DNA of 64,000 nt, from NCBI GenBank assembly GCA_012295275.1, contig CM022671.1, positions 31,310,001 to 31,374,000 on the forward strand, read 5' to 3'. Every line of letters starts with the position of its first letter. The first letter of the stretch is position 1. Below the pieces are notes generated by a model, which saw only the letters and a program-made list of their open reading frames with translations, made no database searches and was not told where the DNA came from. The DNA comes from Chrysomallon squamiferum (taxonomy: Eukaryota; Animalia; Mollusca). Positions 32,482-45,000 of this stretch are shown one piece after another. A program made the translations under genes and the position numbers.

Positions 32482-34549
32482 ACCTTTATTATTTTCACCT
32501 TCTGGTCATTGAGTCACTATACATCAACTGTCTCTCTATCATTACTAATGAGATGTATTTTGCTTTAAATTACAACATCAAATAGGTTTTCTTTATTACA
32601 ATACATTAATTAACTGCTTTAAACAGTATTGTCTATAAAATCCTATAGAGTAAGCCTAAATGAAAATCATTTAATCTCTTTGTCAGTAATGCCTATAATC
32701 AAAAGCATTTTTTATTTTTTTGAAACCTCAGCTATGTCCCATCTTAGGTGCTAAGGTTTTCCAAAATTACAGGGTGTTGAAATGTTGGTATTTTGGGGTT
32801 TTTTTTGGCTTCTTACAGAATATACCAAACACCCAGTCATCACTGCAAACAATGCCATGTGCATGTGAAAGTGTTGTGGGAAGATCAGATTAACCTAAAT
32901 CTTGACAGGTTACCTGTCAACAAATGAATTGCTGTTAGTCTTTTAGCACGTGTATGTGTCCAATGAACCATTCCGTGTACACGTAATGTTGTTACAATAA
33001 ACTTGTTATTGGTTGCAGTCGTCATTCTGGTTGTAAACGCATTTTATTCATTCTGAGACTGAGCTTTGGCAAAAAAAATCTGATTTTTGTTTCTTAGGGC
33101 AGATCCGATGACAACATAATAATAATTTAATTATAACAGTCTTTTAACAAAACTAAAACAAATTTTATATTTCCTCCTTTTGTGTTGATGTTATAGTTAC
33201 TGTGATATAATAAAAACATGTTTATGAAGTGCAATTTAAGCAAACTTTTTCTTTGTTTTTAAATTAGTGAAATTTGGTCCCAGACCATTTAAAAGTACAG
33301 GTGAGTCTAAGCATTGCTTTGAGTGGTCCAATGAGCCAGTCAATATCCCATCAACAAGAATGATAATAAGTTTAATAATATAATCAAGTTGCACATAAAA
33401 TGTATAACAGCCATTTTGCCTGTGTAGAGACTGATATACTCCATATTTTCCTTAGTAAACATGCTCTATGACCCAACTTCAAAACGTCCCCACAATCACA
33501 TTTTTATGGCACTGTGTATTAGTTCAGTATTTTTTGTTTTTCTAACATGGCCATGCATCCTTAATAAACAATATGTTGAATAGATATGTTTTATTAACAT
33601 ATATAAGACTGAGAGTAACAAAATTAATGGAATTGTAAGAACATGTTAGCTTCATCTTACCGTACAATGATTCTTTAATATAATACAATGATCTCAAAAT
33701 ATGAAGAAAAACAAGAAAATTAGTCTTAATTTATTTTAGTAACAGCAATGCTTAGGGCTGACTAAAGCCTAATCAAAATACAGAATTGTTTGCTGTTTTC
33801 TTGTTAAGACTCAATATGAGCATCAGAATAAGAAATGTTATTAATTAATTAAGCTTTATTCTGCAGTGTATTTTCATTAACAATGCATTACAATGCAATA
33901 ATTATACTACTACAAGGTCAGTTCATACTGCTGCCTATTACAAGATGATGTTATCCATATCATCCAATTTTATTATTATGTGTATTATTTTTTTAAGAGT
34001 TCAATAATTAAAGATTCACTAAAGAGAAAGCGGGCATTTGGGGGCGAACGTGCTTACGTTATTCATGTAGTTATAAATTGCAAATGCATTTCTTAGTTAT
34101 ATTATACTCCATTCCTGATATATTCATTATATCCATTAATGAAAACTTAAATTATATTTAATAAAAATTACCAATTTATAGTACTATTAACCTTTAATAT
34201 ACATTGCCATACCCATAGGCATCGTTAACATCCTTCCATTGTGATATTAACATTGTTTACATCACTGATTTCAAATTGACTTGTAATTAATATATTAAAT
34301 ACCTGCAATCTCTCATTTATATTTTTTCGATCTAAGCTCTTTACACATAAACGTGACAATCTGAATGCATTAAATACTTCGCGCACAAAGATCTTAAAAT
34401 AAAAAGCTCATAAAGCTTACGATAAAGCGTTTGTAGAGGTGAAATAACATTTCCTTTTTAACAGTATATCACTGAACCCGCCTTTACGAAAGTAACCAAA
34501 AAAGAAAATCATACAATATATTTTGGTGATCGTTCATTAATCCCAATAC

Positions 34550-34769
34550 CTTGTCATCAAAGTCGGCTACATTAAAGATACAGATGCACGTTCCAAAAAA
34601 AATTGTGCTGGCAGTTCAATTTTGGCGTCTAACTGCATTCGCACCTTGGCGCCATATTATGATAGGAAGTGGAAATGATTGGCGCTTCTCGACGAAATAG
34701 CATCCAATCAAGCACACTGATCAAATTCACTTCGGGACAACCTATGTCTAAATTTAGACATGGAAGAAG
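34550..34769. promoter_or_regulatory. Compact bidirectional promoter and first exons (orphan gene -, zinc-finger gene +)
   Basis: Outward-facing donors at 34550 (-) and 34769 (+, gaag|gtatgt). E2F-like TTTTGGCG (34620), TTGGCGCCA (34646) and ATTGGCGC (34678). CCAAT (34704), ETS-like GGAAGT (34665), CHR-like ATTGAA on the - strand (34615-34620). Confidence 0.55.
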
Positions 34770-35921
34770 GTATGTGTGGTGTTTGTGTACAAAATTCCGA
34801 ACAAGCAGCAATAATTTGTTGTTACTGTTGTCAATTTTTTAATGCATGCTAATTTTTAACAACATATCTAAAATACTAACAACAAAAGCAGACGAAATAG
34901 GACCGCGACACTTTGCAATAACCATTTGAACTGACCCACTATTTTCTAACATGAAGGCCTAATTTTACCGTCATGGTCGAAGGTGGAAGGCAAGTAAATT
35001 TTATATATCGCATTTCTAGTTGAAAATGTCGGTTTGATCAAAGCCTGTGTCAGTGATAGAGCATTAATAATACAGAAAACGTTGATTTTTAATAATCTTA
35101 CATAGTACCGTAGTCAAAAGGAAATGGTTCGATCAACGGCAATGTAAATAAATCAACAAGCGTGGGTTGGCTCGTTGCTTTTCTTAGTTGACATTTGGTT
35201 TGCTGTGTCAATTTGTGATCGATTTCAACTATGCAATCAATAATATTATAATTTGAATATATTTCGATGTTAATACTGTATCATTAGGTCTGTTTTAAAA
35301 ACATTTGGGTGAGAAATGTTGTTATATTAACACCATTAGAATATATAATTTCACTCATTTTACTTTTTTAGTTTTGCTGTTTTCGAATTATTACTCGCAT
35401 TAGATTCTAATTTCATTTTCAGTTGTTTTATATTCAAAGTATTTATCTGTTTGAGATGTATATACAGAAAGTAAATAGTTGTTTTGGACATCTGTTGTGA
35501 TTGTTACTTCATAAGGCTATGATATCACACTAATCTCTAGAGATCAATACACAGATAAACTAGGTTTATGTGTGTCATTGTAATACATTGATCACTGAAG
35601 TTAAGAACAATAAAATTAATGAAGTTTTCATTAATGAAACTGTTTGAGTTAGTCTTAAAAACATTAAAGAATAATTTCAAAATAATAATATAGAAACCAT
35701 TTTTATGTTTTTGTTTTATATATTAATATTTGTGACACAAACTCTTTCTAAATTGGACTAAAACAAACAATTACAGGATGATGTACAAGATTACTGTTGT
35801 ATATAAACAGTTGTTTTAATGCAGTTATTTAGTTATTATTAGTAACAGTACATTCAGTAATAAAAAATATGACATATAACTGATGAATTCCTTATCCAAA
35901 AGTAAGGAAATCATTGTAATA

Positions 35922-35955
<34 letters not shown>

Positions 35956-37317
35956 AACTGAGGTTAAGATAACGTATAATTTTCAGATTGTTAGTATAAA
36001 TAAACTTTATTGTGTGTATAAAATTTATTATAACTAATATATTAAAATATATATGCATCCTTTAAATGGATTTTATATGTTGACTAAGATCCCGTTCCCA
36101 TTTTGGATAATGGATGCTCATTCTATCATATTGATATATTTTAAGTTTGGTATCTAAATTTACAAGTTTTAATTTATGTGTGATATTCTGAATCAAACAA
36201 TTAACAACTAACATTTCTGTTAATAGTATGTCTTTTACCTTATTGTTTTATTGCATCATGTTATTGGGTATTTATTATTTACTTACGCAGAACATAAACG
36301 TGTACTGGTGGCCTACTTGGATAAATGCCAAATTCACTAATGGCCCATTGTAGTAGATATTTTTCATTCATTCATTTTCAACTTGTATTAATTTTGATTT
36401 AAAGTGTTCCAAAAAAGTAGCAAGAATGTTCGAATATAATAATGTTAAATGGAAAAAAATACAATTATATATAGTGTATTAAAAGTAAAATATTGAATGT
36501 TTTCAAAATTTATTTATTTATTATTTTTATTATTATTATTATTATTTTATAAAATGTTGTTTATTTTATTTCTTTTTATTATTTTATTTTTCCCTTGTCA
36601 AAAAGCCTCCATTCAACAATATTTGAAAATCAATATTATTGATTTATTGTTTCAGGTATCCATGTGAATTGATTAGTTGCTTGGTTTGATTAACACAGAG
36701 AGTCAACATGTAATTATCCAGAGATGTGACAAGTTGACATATTTTGTACCCTGCTTCAAGATAAATAGTAAGTCATTTTTTTATCATTTTATATTTAAGA
36801 ACAAAATAAGTAATGCCGAAAAGTCAAAACTAAAATTATCATCATTAAAAATATTATGAAAAAAATTAAAACAAGAAATTATTGAAAGAATGAATTTGTA
36901 TTGTCAATCATTTTATTTTTTTATTTTTTAATACTGAAAGAAACCTCAGTGTTACCAGTAGCCTAATATCCCAATCTGGCCTGGGCTGTATTATATAATG
37001 CATACAAAAGACAGGTTGAATCTTATCAGTACATCATCTTTATTTAAAATGATAAATTAACCTACCAAATACAAAAAAGTTTTCAGTTCAGAAAGATGAG
37101 AAATCCAATAATTCATTGCATTATATTTAAATTTAAGTTAAAATTAGAGTTCATGAATTTAGTTATTATACACTGATGGAAAAGGGACATAACTCTGTAA
37201 CATCACTGAGATTGAATTCCATGAATGTGTGCACATTTTTGTTTTGCTTGATTGTTGTTTGGTGTTTTTTATTATATATTCTATTTTGCTTTTTTTAAAA
37301 ATTAATTTTTATTTTTA

Positions 37318-37361
<44 letters not shown>

Positions 37362-37368
37362 TTGTTGA

Positions 37369-37429
<61 letters not shown>

Positions 37430-37911
37430 TTGATCAGAGGATGATATTTATTCAATTTATTTTGTTTTCTTTCACAAATATGAACAGAGACTCGCAAGTG
37501 TAGTCTGGTTAGTTTTTTAACTCCTTTTAGTACCATGAAAAAAAAATATATATAACTTTTTTAAATATATGTGTGTGTAGGTATAAAAAATAAATATATA
37601 TATATATTTCACAGACACAGAAATGGCAAATTTTCTGTTCTTAGTTTTAATTCTTACATTAAATCAAAACTTAAAAATTCCAACTAACAATAGCATAATC
37701 ATTGATTTTATGGCATTAGCTTTGCAACAGTTGCAATGGTTTTGTGAATAATATATTGCATATATGAATGCATGAATATCTGTGGTGTAACATACAAGTA
37801 ATTTAATATTTATTTGTTTGTTTATTTATTTTACAGATGGATCTGTTGAGCAGAATATATTGGAGACATGCTTGCCTCTAGCTTGGCCATGAAAGCTGAC
37901 ACCGAGCCAGG

Positions 37912-40900
37912 ATGAGAACAAAAGAAGAGAAAGATGGAAAGAAGGGAAGAGAAGACAAAATGGAAGTTAAAGCTGGGTCTCCAAAAATTCAGAAGAAGAA
38001 AAAGGTAAAATCGGTCAACAACGTGTGCTGTGATAATGCTGACACCGACATGAAGGATGTCGAGAATGTTGGTAAGGATGTTGTCATGGTGCATGACACT
38101 GTCTCTGAAGATGCAATGGAACTGGGCCGATTTGTGGAAGCAGAGCAACAAAACATTAATCCGGAAGAGAAGAGTGATGTGGATTCTGGAATCGGGTTGA
38201 GCGGGGAGAAGGATACTGGGGAGAGTGACATAAACAGCGACGAGCCAGTCAACATGAGTCTTGGATCAGAGTCACTGAGCAGCAAGAGTTTCGATAAATC
38301 TGTTTCTGTGGTAACGGAAAACTGTACGTTGCCAGCGTGCAACAGCAGTGCTTGTGTGGAAAATACAGCAGATGGTTCAAACTCAGTTCAAACGAATTGC
38401 ATGCCCTCGGAAAGTTCTGCCCCAAAATCGAATTTCGAGTACATAATTGATCAGGTGGCCAAGGGTGAAATAATAGTTTCCACACCACCCAGGAAACCAC
38501 CTAAAAAGAGAATAACCGAAATGACCAAAGAAATTGAGAGTTCTGTGGAATGTAATAATGCTGTTAAAAATTTGATTCCACTGTTGGATGATGCGACTGC
38601 AGAAATGGACCTAGATTCTACGGATGTGTCTAAAAGGACTAAAAGGACGCCTAAAAAGCGAAAATTTCATGACGAGGTTAATAACGAAAATAATAAATCA
38701 AAACCGAAGCCTGTTAAAAAGCCTCTGGCTTCCAAAACTAAAGATGACAAATCTCCAAAACCAAAAGGCGAAAAATCAGCAAAAAGCAAGAATGATAAAT
38801 CTCAAAAGTCTAAGAAAGAGGATGATAAATCTAATTCAAAAGATGAATTTCAAGGTAAAAGTAACGGTAGACCTGAAGATGGTCTTGAGACAACAGAGGA
38901 AGGAGGTACTGCAGTTGCAAAAGATAAAAGTGCTCAAAGTGAGGCAGATATAAGTAATAAAGATGTGAAACCAAAAACGCTGGCTAAAGAGAAAAACTCT
39001 TCAAAACCGAAAAATGTTACAAAAAGTAAATCAAAGAAGAATAAAACTGTTTCCTCTGAAAATGAAAACAAAACAGAAAATTGTGCTACTGACAGTTCAA
39101 AGGAAAATGACAATGTACAGTCAGGACTTCATGATGGCAGTGACACTCAGGTTTCAACAGTTGCTATGGAAACAAAGCCTGCATCAGGAGCAAAAAAGGT
39201 TAAGAAAGCACGACCAAAGACAACAAAGGAGGTGAAAAATTCTGATTCGTCTGGAGAAAGTATTAAGCAGAATGATGGGAAAGATACCAAAACTGGAGAT
39301 GACACGGTTAAAGAAAAGAAACCAAAGTCTCCAAAGAAAAGAAAATTAAAGGATGGTGTGGAAAATTCTACATGTGAAGACTCTACACCGAAAAAGAAAA
39401 AGAAAAACAGTGCAGATTCTGAAGCAAAGCAGAAAAAGTCTTCAGTTTCTGAAGGAAAGTCTAAAGATTCAGAGATAATTTCTAAAGATTCTGAAAACAT
39501 TTGTAAGGATTCTGAAGACATTTCTAAAGATTCAGTGGAAATATCTAAAGATTCTGAAAATAAATCTGTAGATTCTGAGAATATTTCTGAAAATTCCAAA
39601 GAAAAATCTAAAGATTCTGAGGAAAAATCTAAAGATTCTGAGGAATTACCTAAAGATTCTGAAGGAAAATCTAAAGATTCTGATGGTAAGCCAAAAGCAA
39701 AGAAGAAGAAACCTGCAAAGAAAGAAAATGATAAATTGCCAAATGGTGATATATCTGAACAGATTGTTACATCTGATCATGGCGCTGAGGAACAAAATTC
39801 AGAAAATGCAGCAAAAAATAATTCTGTGACCAATTCTGTATCGTGCGATGGAGAAGAGAAACAATCGGGAAAACCTGAAGACAGTGCAGAGGACAAGTCA
39901 CCAAGTGGAAAGTCTGAAAAATCAAAGAAGTCTTTTGAAGCAATCGAGTGTCACATCTGTGGTCGAAAAGCCAAAGGAATGTCAGCTTTAAGCAGGCATT
40001 TAAGAACAGCCCATGACATTTGTAACAGGCCAGCTAAGCACAAGTGTTTTATGTGTGATTTCGATGCGGTTAAAAGGACAGTGCTAGCTAAGCACATGAT
40101 TACTCACGATATTTACATGTGTGGTCGATGCGAGTTCACTTCAGATAAGTCGGAGGACCTCGAGCAACACTGCAGCGAGGAACACAAAAACATCAGCGAA
40201 GTGAAACTGTGCAAGAACTGCAATAGGTACATAAAGTGTGACGAAGTTTCACTCGAAGATCACATAAAAACGTGCCAGGGCAAAGTGCCACTGATCTGCA
40301 AAGAATGCAACAAAGAATTCAAGTACGAGTCTTCACTTCGCGTGCACGTAAACTCACACTTCCCCAATCAGCCCAAACAGTACACCTGTCCTCACTGCAG
40401 TTACCAGTCGAACTACAAAGCCAACCTTCACAAACATATCCAGAATATTCACGAGATTCGAGAGAGAAATGTTAAGTGCTTGCTTTGCGACAAAATGTTT
40501 TACAAAGACGAACACATGCGTCGGCACATGAAACTGCACTCGGAGCAGAGGCCGTTCATGTGCGAGACGTGTTGCAAGTCATTCAAGACAAGCAGTGCAC
40601 TGCGGGGTCACTACGAGGTTCACAACACCACACGTCCATTTCAGTGCGACCTTGACGGGTGCACAAAGACGTTTCGAAATGCCAAGTTTCTCAAGAGCCA
40701 CAAGGAAGAATCGCATCAGTTGTCGCCCAAGAAATATCATTGTCCTGTTGAAGGTTGCAGCTTTTCATTCTTCAAAAAGAGTCACCTGAAACGCCATGAA
40801 ATAACTCATACAGGTACGTAAAATTAATTTCCAAATCTTGACGTATACAAATGTTACCAATACTAAAAACATTACAGCAGAATATGATGATCCAGAAGAT

Positions 40901-42018
40901 ATGTTAAATTACTGCAATAGATAAGTAAAAATATTTATATAATAATTTTGACAAAAAGTGTGTTAATTAGCTCATAAATAAATTAATTAAATATTATTAT
41001 TATTGGAAAGTAAAATAAAATGTTAACAACAAATAGTGTCAAATAACTTGTAAAGATAAGTAAAATAACTCGTAGATAAATAAATTAATTAGATAATATT
41101 ATTGATACACAAAAAAGATTAACAGAATATGATTCAGAAGTTGTGTTAAACAACTAACATAGATAACAATAATATTTATATAATAATTTTACCAAAAAGT
41201 TGGGATAAACTCATAGATAAACAAATTAAATAATTATTATCATTAGAAAGTAGTGTTAAGATAAGTAAAATTATTAAATAATATTACTAAAAAGTTATGA
41301 TTAATAACTCATATGATGATATGGATATCTAAAATATTTTAATATTACCTACATTTTTGGTTGAATAACTCATACCTATATGTAAAATATTTAATCAATA
41401 AGATTATTAATATATAACTTGTAAATAAATTAATTAAATAATATTATTTGAAAATTGTATTAAAAGCTACTGTAGATTTTTGTAGATAAATATAAATTAA
41501 TTAAATAATATTATTTTCAAAAACATCAACAAAAAAAAATCCAGTGGCTCCTGTAAATAGAAGTCTAGGCATAATGAAGTTCCAAAACAGAAAAGTCATT
41601 CATTTAAATAAAATAATTACCTAGATTATTATGATCAAAGAATAACATTAGATTTCACAGGCAAGTAAAATAACAACAGTACCAAGATCAAAAACAGCAA
41701 TTAAATATTATGAAAAATGTCACACAATCACACAGATATTTGAGCCAATCCAAAATAATAATCACAGTGATAAAAATTATTATTTATTCTATAAATATTA
41801 AATGCATCAGATAGCTAATATTAAAATCTTAGAATATTAAAACCTAGCCATTGTATAGAAATCACTCAAAGAAAAGTTTCATTTGTTATTTGATACTATC
41901 TTAGTATTATATTCATGTAACAGTTAAATACCTGGAATATTATTATTATTACCATCATCATCATCATCGTCATTATCAAATAAAATAACAATATCTGTAA
42001 TTATTTCACACTGCTACA

Positions 42019-42063
<45 letters not shown>

Positions 42064-45000
42064 CTTGACTTACGAGTTTAATTTGTTCCATGACCAAGCT
42101 AGTATCTCAATTTGCTCATGTATCAAATCAATTTTCCCAAATGAAATTTACTAAAATACCATTAATCCGTTCTAGCCCCCCAAAAAACATCCCATTTTTT
42201 GTAATGTGTTTTTAAATAAGAAAAAAATGTATTTATAAATGATAAATATTGTATTAAAATAAAATAAAAGAGAATGTAAAGAAATAAACTGGAGATCAGA
42301 CAAATTATTTTAACGCCTTTAGCTGAATTATAGCCTTTAACGACTCCTACTTTAGTATGGTAAATATTGTAGAAGTACAACACTTCTACAGCCTAGCCAG
42401 GTTGACTACATGCACACCACGCTCATGTTTTTTTTATGGTTTCATGCTTTATTTCAATGGACATCATCCACTTCTTCTCAGCACTATCATTTGCACTCAC
42501 TTTCTTAAGATCCATGGTCAGAAAAAAGAAATTTGCCAAAATATAGCACAAAATATGAGCACAGCACAACAGAGATGCTTCAACAGTGATAAACACATGA
42601 AGCCAACAAGTGAGATGCAGGATGCTGGGCGGTTGTTGTGTTGTTTGTTGCTCCAACTAGTGACAGCATATCTGAAGCTCGCCTGTAACTCGGATTTTGG
42701 TTCGCAACTCAAAGCAAAAAAGTAGATCTGGTGAATAGTCATAACTCAGAAAACTCGTAAGTTGGTGCACTCATAAGTTGAGGTACCACTGCATATTGAA
42801 AGTAATAGGCTGAAATATAAATGCAAATTAAAAAATAAATTACTTTCACATGAGTAACAAAAACAGTAGTTGCAGATAATTTTATCAGTTAGATTATTGA
42901 TCAATTCATTTTGCAGCTAATAAATTAGAAATAAATATCCTATTAATGTAAGTTTTTACAGAGCAGTTTTGAATTCAAAATACACAGAATTGTTGTAAGA
43001 AGTGTTTTAAAATATGTACAGGTCAGAAATAGTACTGCAGTCAGCTTCTACCAACAGTAATATATGCAGGGCATAACTCCTCTGAGGCAGATTGACAGTT
43101 AAAAAAAAAAAAAATTATACAAAGATTTTCTTTATAAAATATAAATCTCTATTCTTTCAAGTCAGAGTTTCTGGGGGTCCCCAAACCCCTTGCCAAATTA
43201 GCAATTAAGTGCCTCGTTTCAAAAAGTCTAGTTATGGCCATGATTTAAATATTCAAATTCAAATTTTGTGTACATACTCGCATGTACTCACTTAATTACA
43301 CCATCCTGTATAACTGATGGTTCATTATACAGGTATGACAGTAATTAAAAAAAAATAATTAAATTTTCAAATAACTAAATGGTGTCATAAAATTCATATT
43401 TGTGTTGCTTACAAGTTTTGTTTTCAACATAAACTGCAGTAATTGAGCATTTGTGTTAGCCATTTTGAAAAATAATTTTTATTTATTTATTTTTATTTTT
43501 ATTTTTTTATTTTATTTTTGAAAAACAGATTTCAAAATTTGTATTACAGTTAGTATTCCTGACATGTTAGTACTTCATCACAACTTGGTTTATTCCCGTT
43601 TTTATTTCTGTTACTTGTATAGTGGAATGCTCTGTCTTTGGTGTGATTCCAATAAAATAGCAATTGGAAGCATAAAATAAAATGAACTAAATAGATAATA
43701 AAGATATCCTAGATAAGTGTTTCAAATAATTAGTTGATTATAATTATTATTACCTATGTCTTTTTATGTTGTTCTTTATCATTATTATTATTAGTGTTAT
43801 TATTATTATTATTATTAGTGTTATTATTATATTATTATTAACAGACATTGACATAATAAATAATTTAATTATTACCTGATCCTAAATAAAAATAATTACT
43901 ATATTAATATAAGATTTTACGGAGCAGTTTTTAATTTGAAATGCATAGCATTGTTGTAAGCTAATTAGAAATCAGGTCCTATGAAATAAATAATGTAATT
44001 TATATTGATTCAGTTACTGCTTCCTTAATGAATGACTAGATCAAAGATTGCATTACACTGGTTTCAGATGTAGGCAGAAAAATTTATTTTATAACATCAT
44101 AATTATTAGATTGTGGTAATTAATCAGAAATTGTTACCATGGTTGTAGCAGAACTAAGCACTGAAATTAAAATATCAGTTCCATGATACAAGATACTGAG
44201 AAATCTATTATTGTTTTTAATTATTTTACATTGATCTCATTGTCACTTGATTCAACAAATATTAATCTTTTAATGTTTCATATAGATAAACAGTATGAAA
44301 TTTTTAATATGCATGAATTATATTTCTGTTTGAAATAAGTTGTTTATTGTGTGAAGGAATGACATTCCATCTAATAATCCTTTAGTCGGATATTTCATTT
44401 TTTGACCAAAATGGACAGGTATTTTTAATATAATTACAGACTCATGGTATTCTGTTTTTTATTGTTGAATATATATATATATATATATATGTTTGAATTT
44501 GATATATGGTTAGGTTGTTTCTAATTTACAGTCCTTTCCTCTGTTTTTTATAATCTTTTTTCTTTTTCTTTCTGTTTTTACAGGTGAACGTAATTACCAC
44601 TGTGACTGGGAAGGCTGTGGTAAATCATTTCGTCATGCAGACAATCTCAAAGTTCATCACAGACAGCACACAAATGAGAGGCCAGTGAAATGTGACATTT
44701 GTAGTTTTACCTGTAGGCAGAAAAGCTCTCTTCACTGGCACAAGAAAAAACACCACAATATTCAGTCGGGAGAACTGTCTGATCTGTCTTTGGACGGCAG
44801 TCACAGCAGTCACAATAATGTCAGTGAAGACGCAGAGGGCAAGAGTGTGGTCACCAATGGACCATCGTCATCTGCATCAGTCACTGCTCCAGAAACGAAG
44901 GATAAACCAAAAGAAGAGAACAAGCCAATTGATTTGTACGAGTTCAAATCAGATGAGGAATCAGGAGATGAAGCTGGATCTATGTTCTGGAAAGACAAAG

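Noticed and set aside
39160-39173. Canonical RFX X-box GTTGCTATGGAAAC
   Set aside because: It lies within coding sequence (VAMET) and has no independent support as a regulatory site.
42357-42742. ORFs inside the Tigger-like MITE
   Set aside because: No transposase motifs; non-coding interior.
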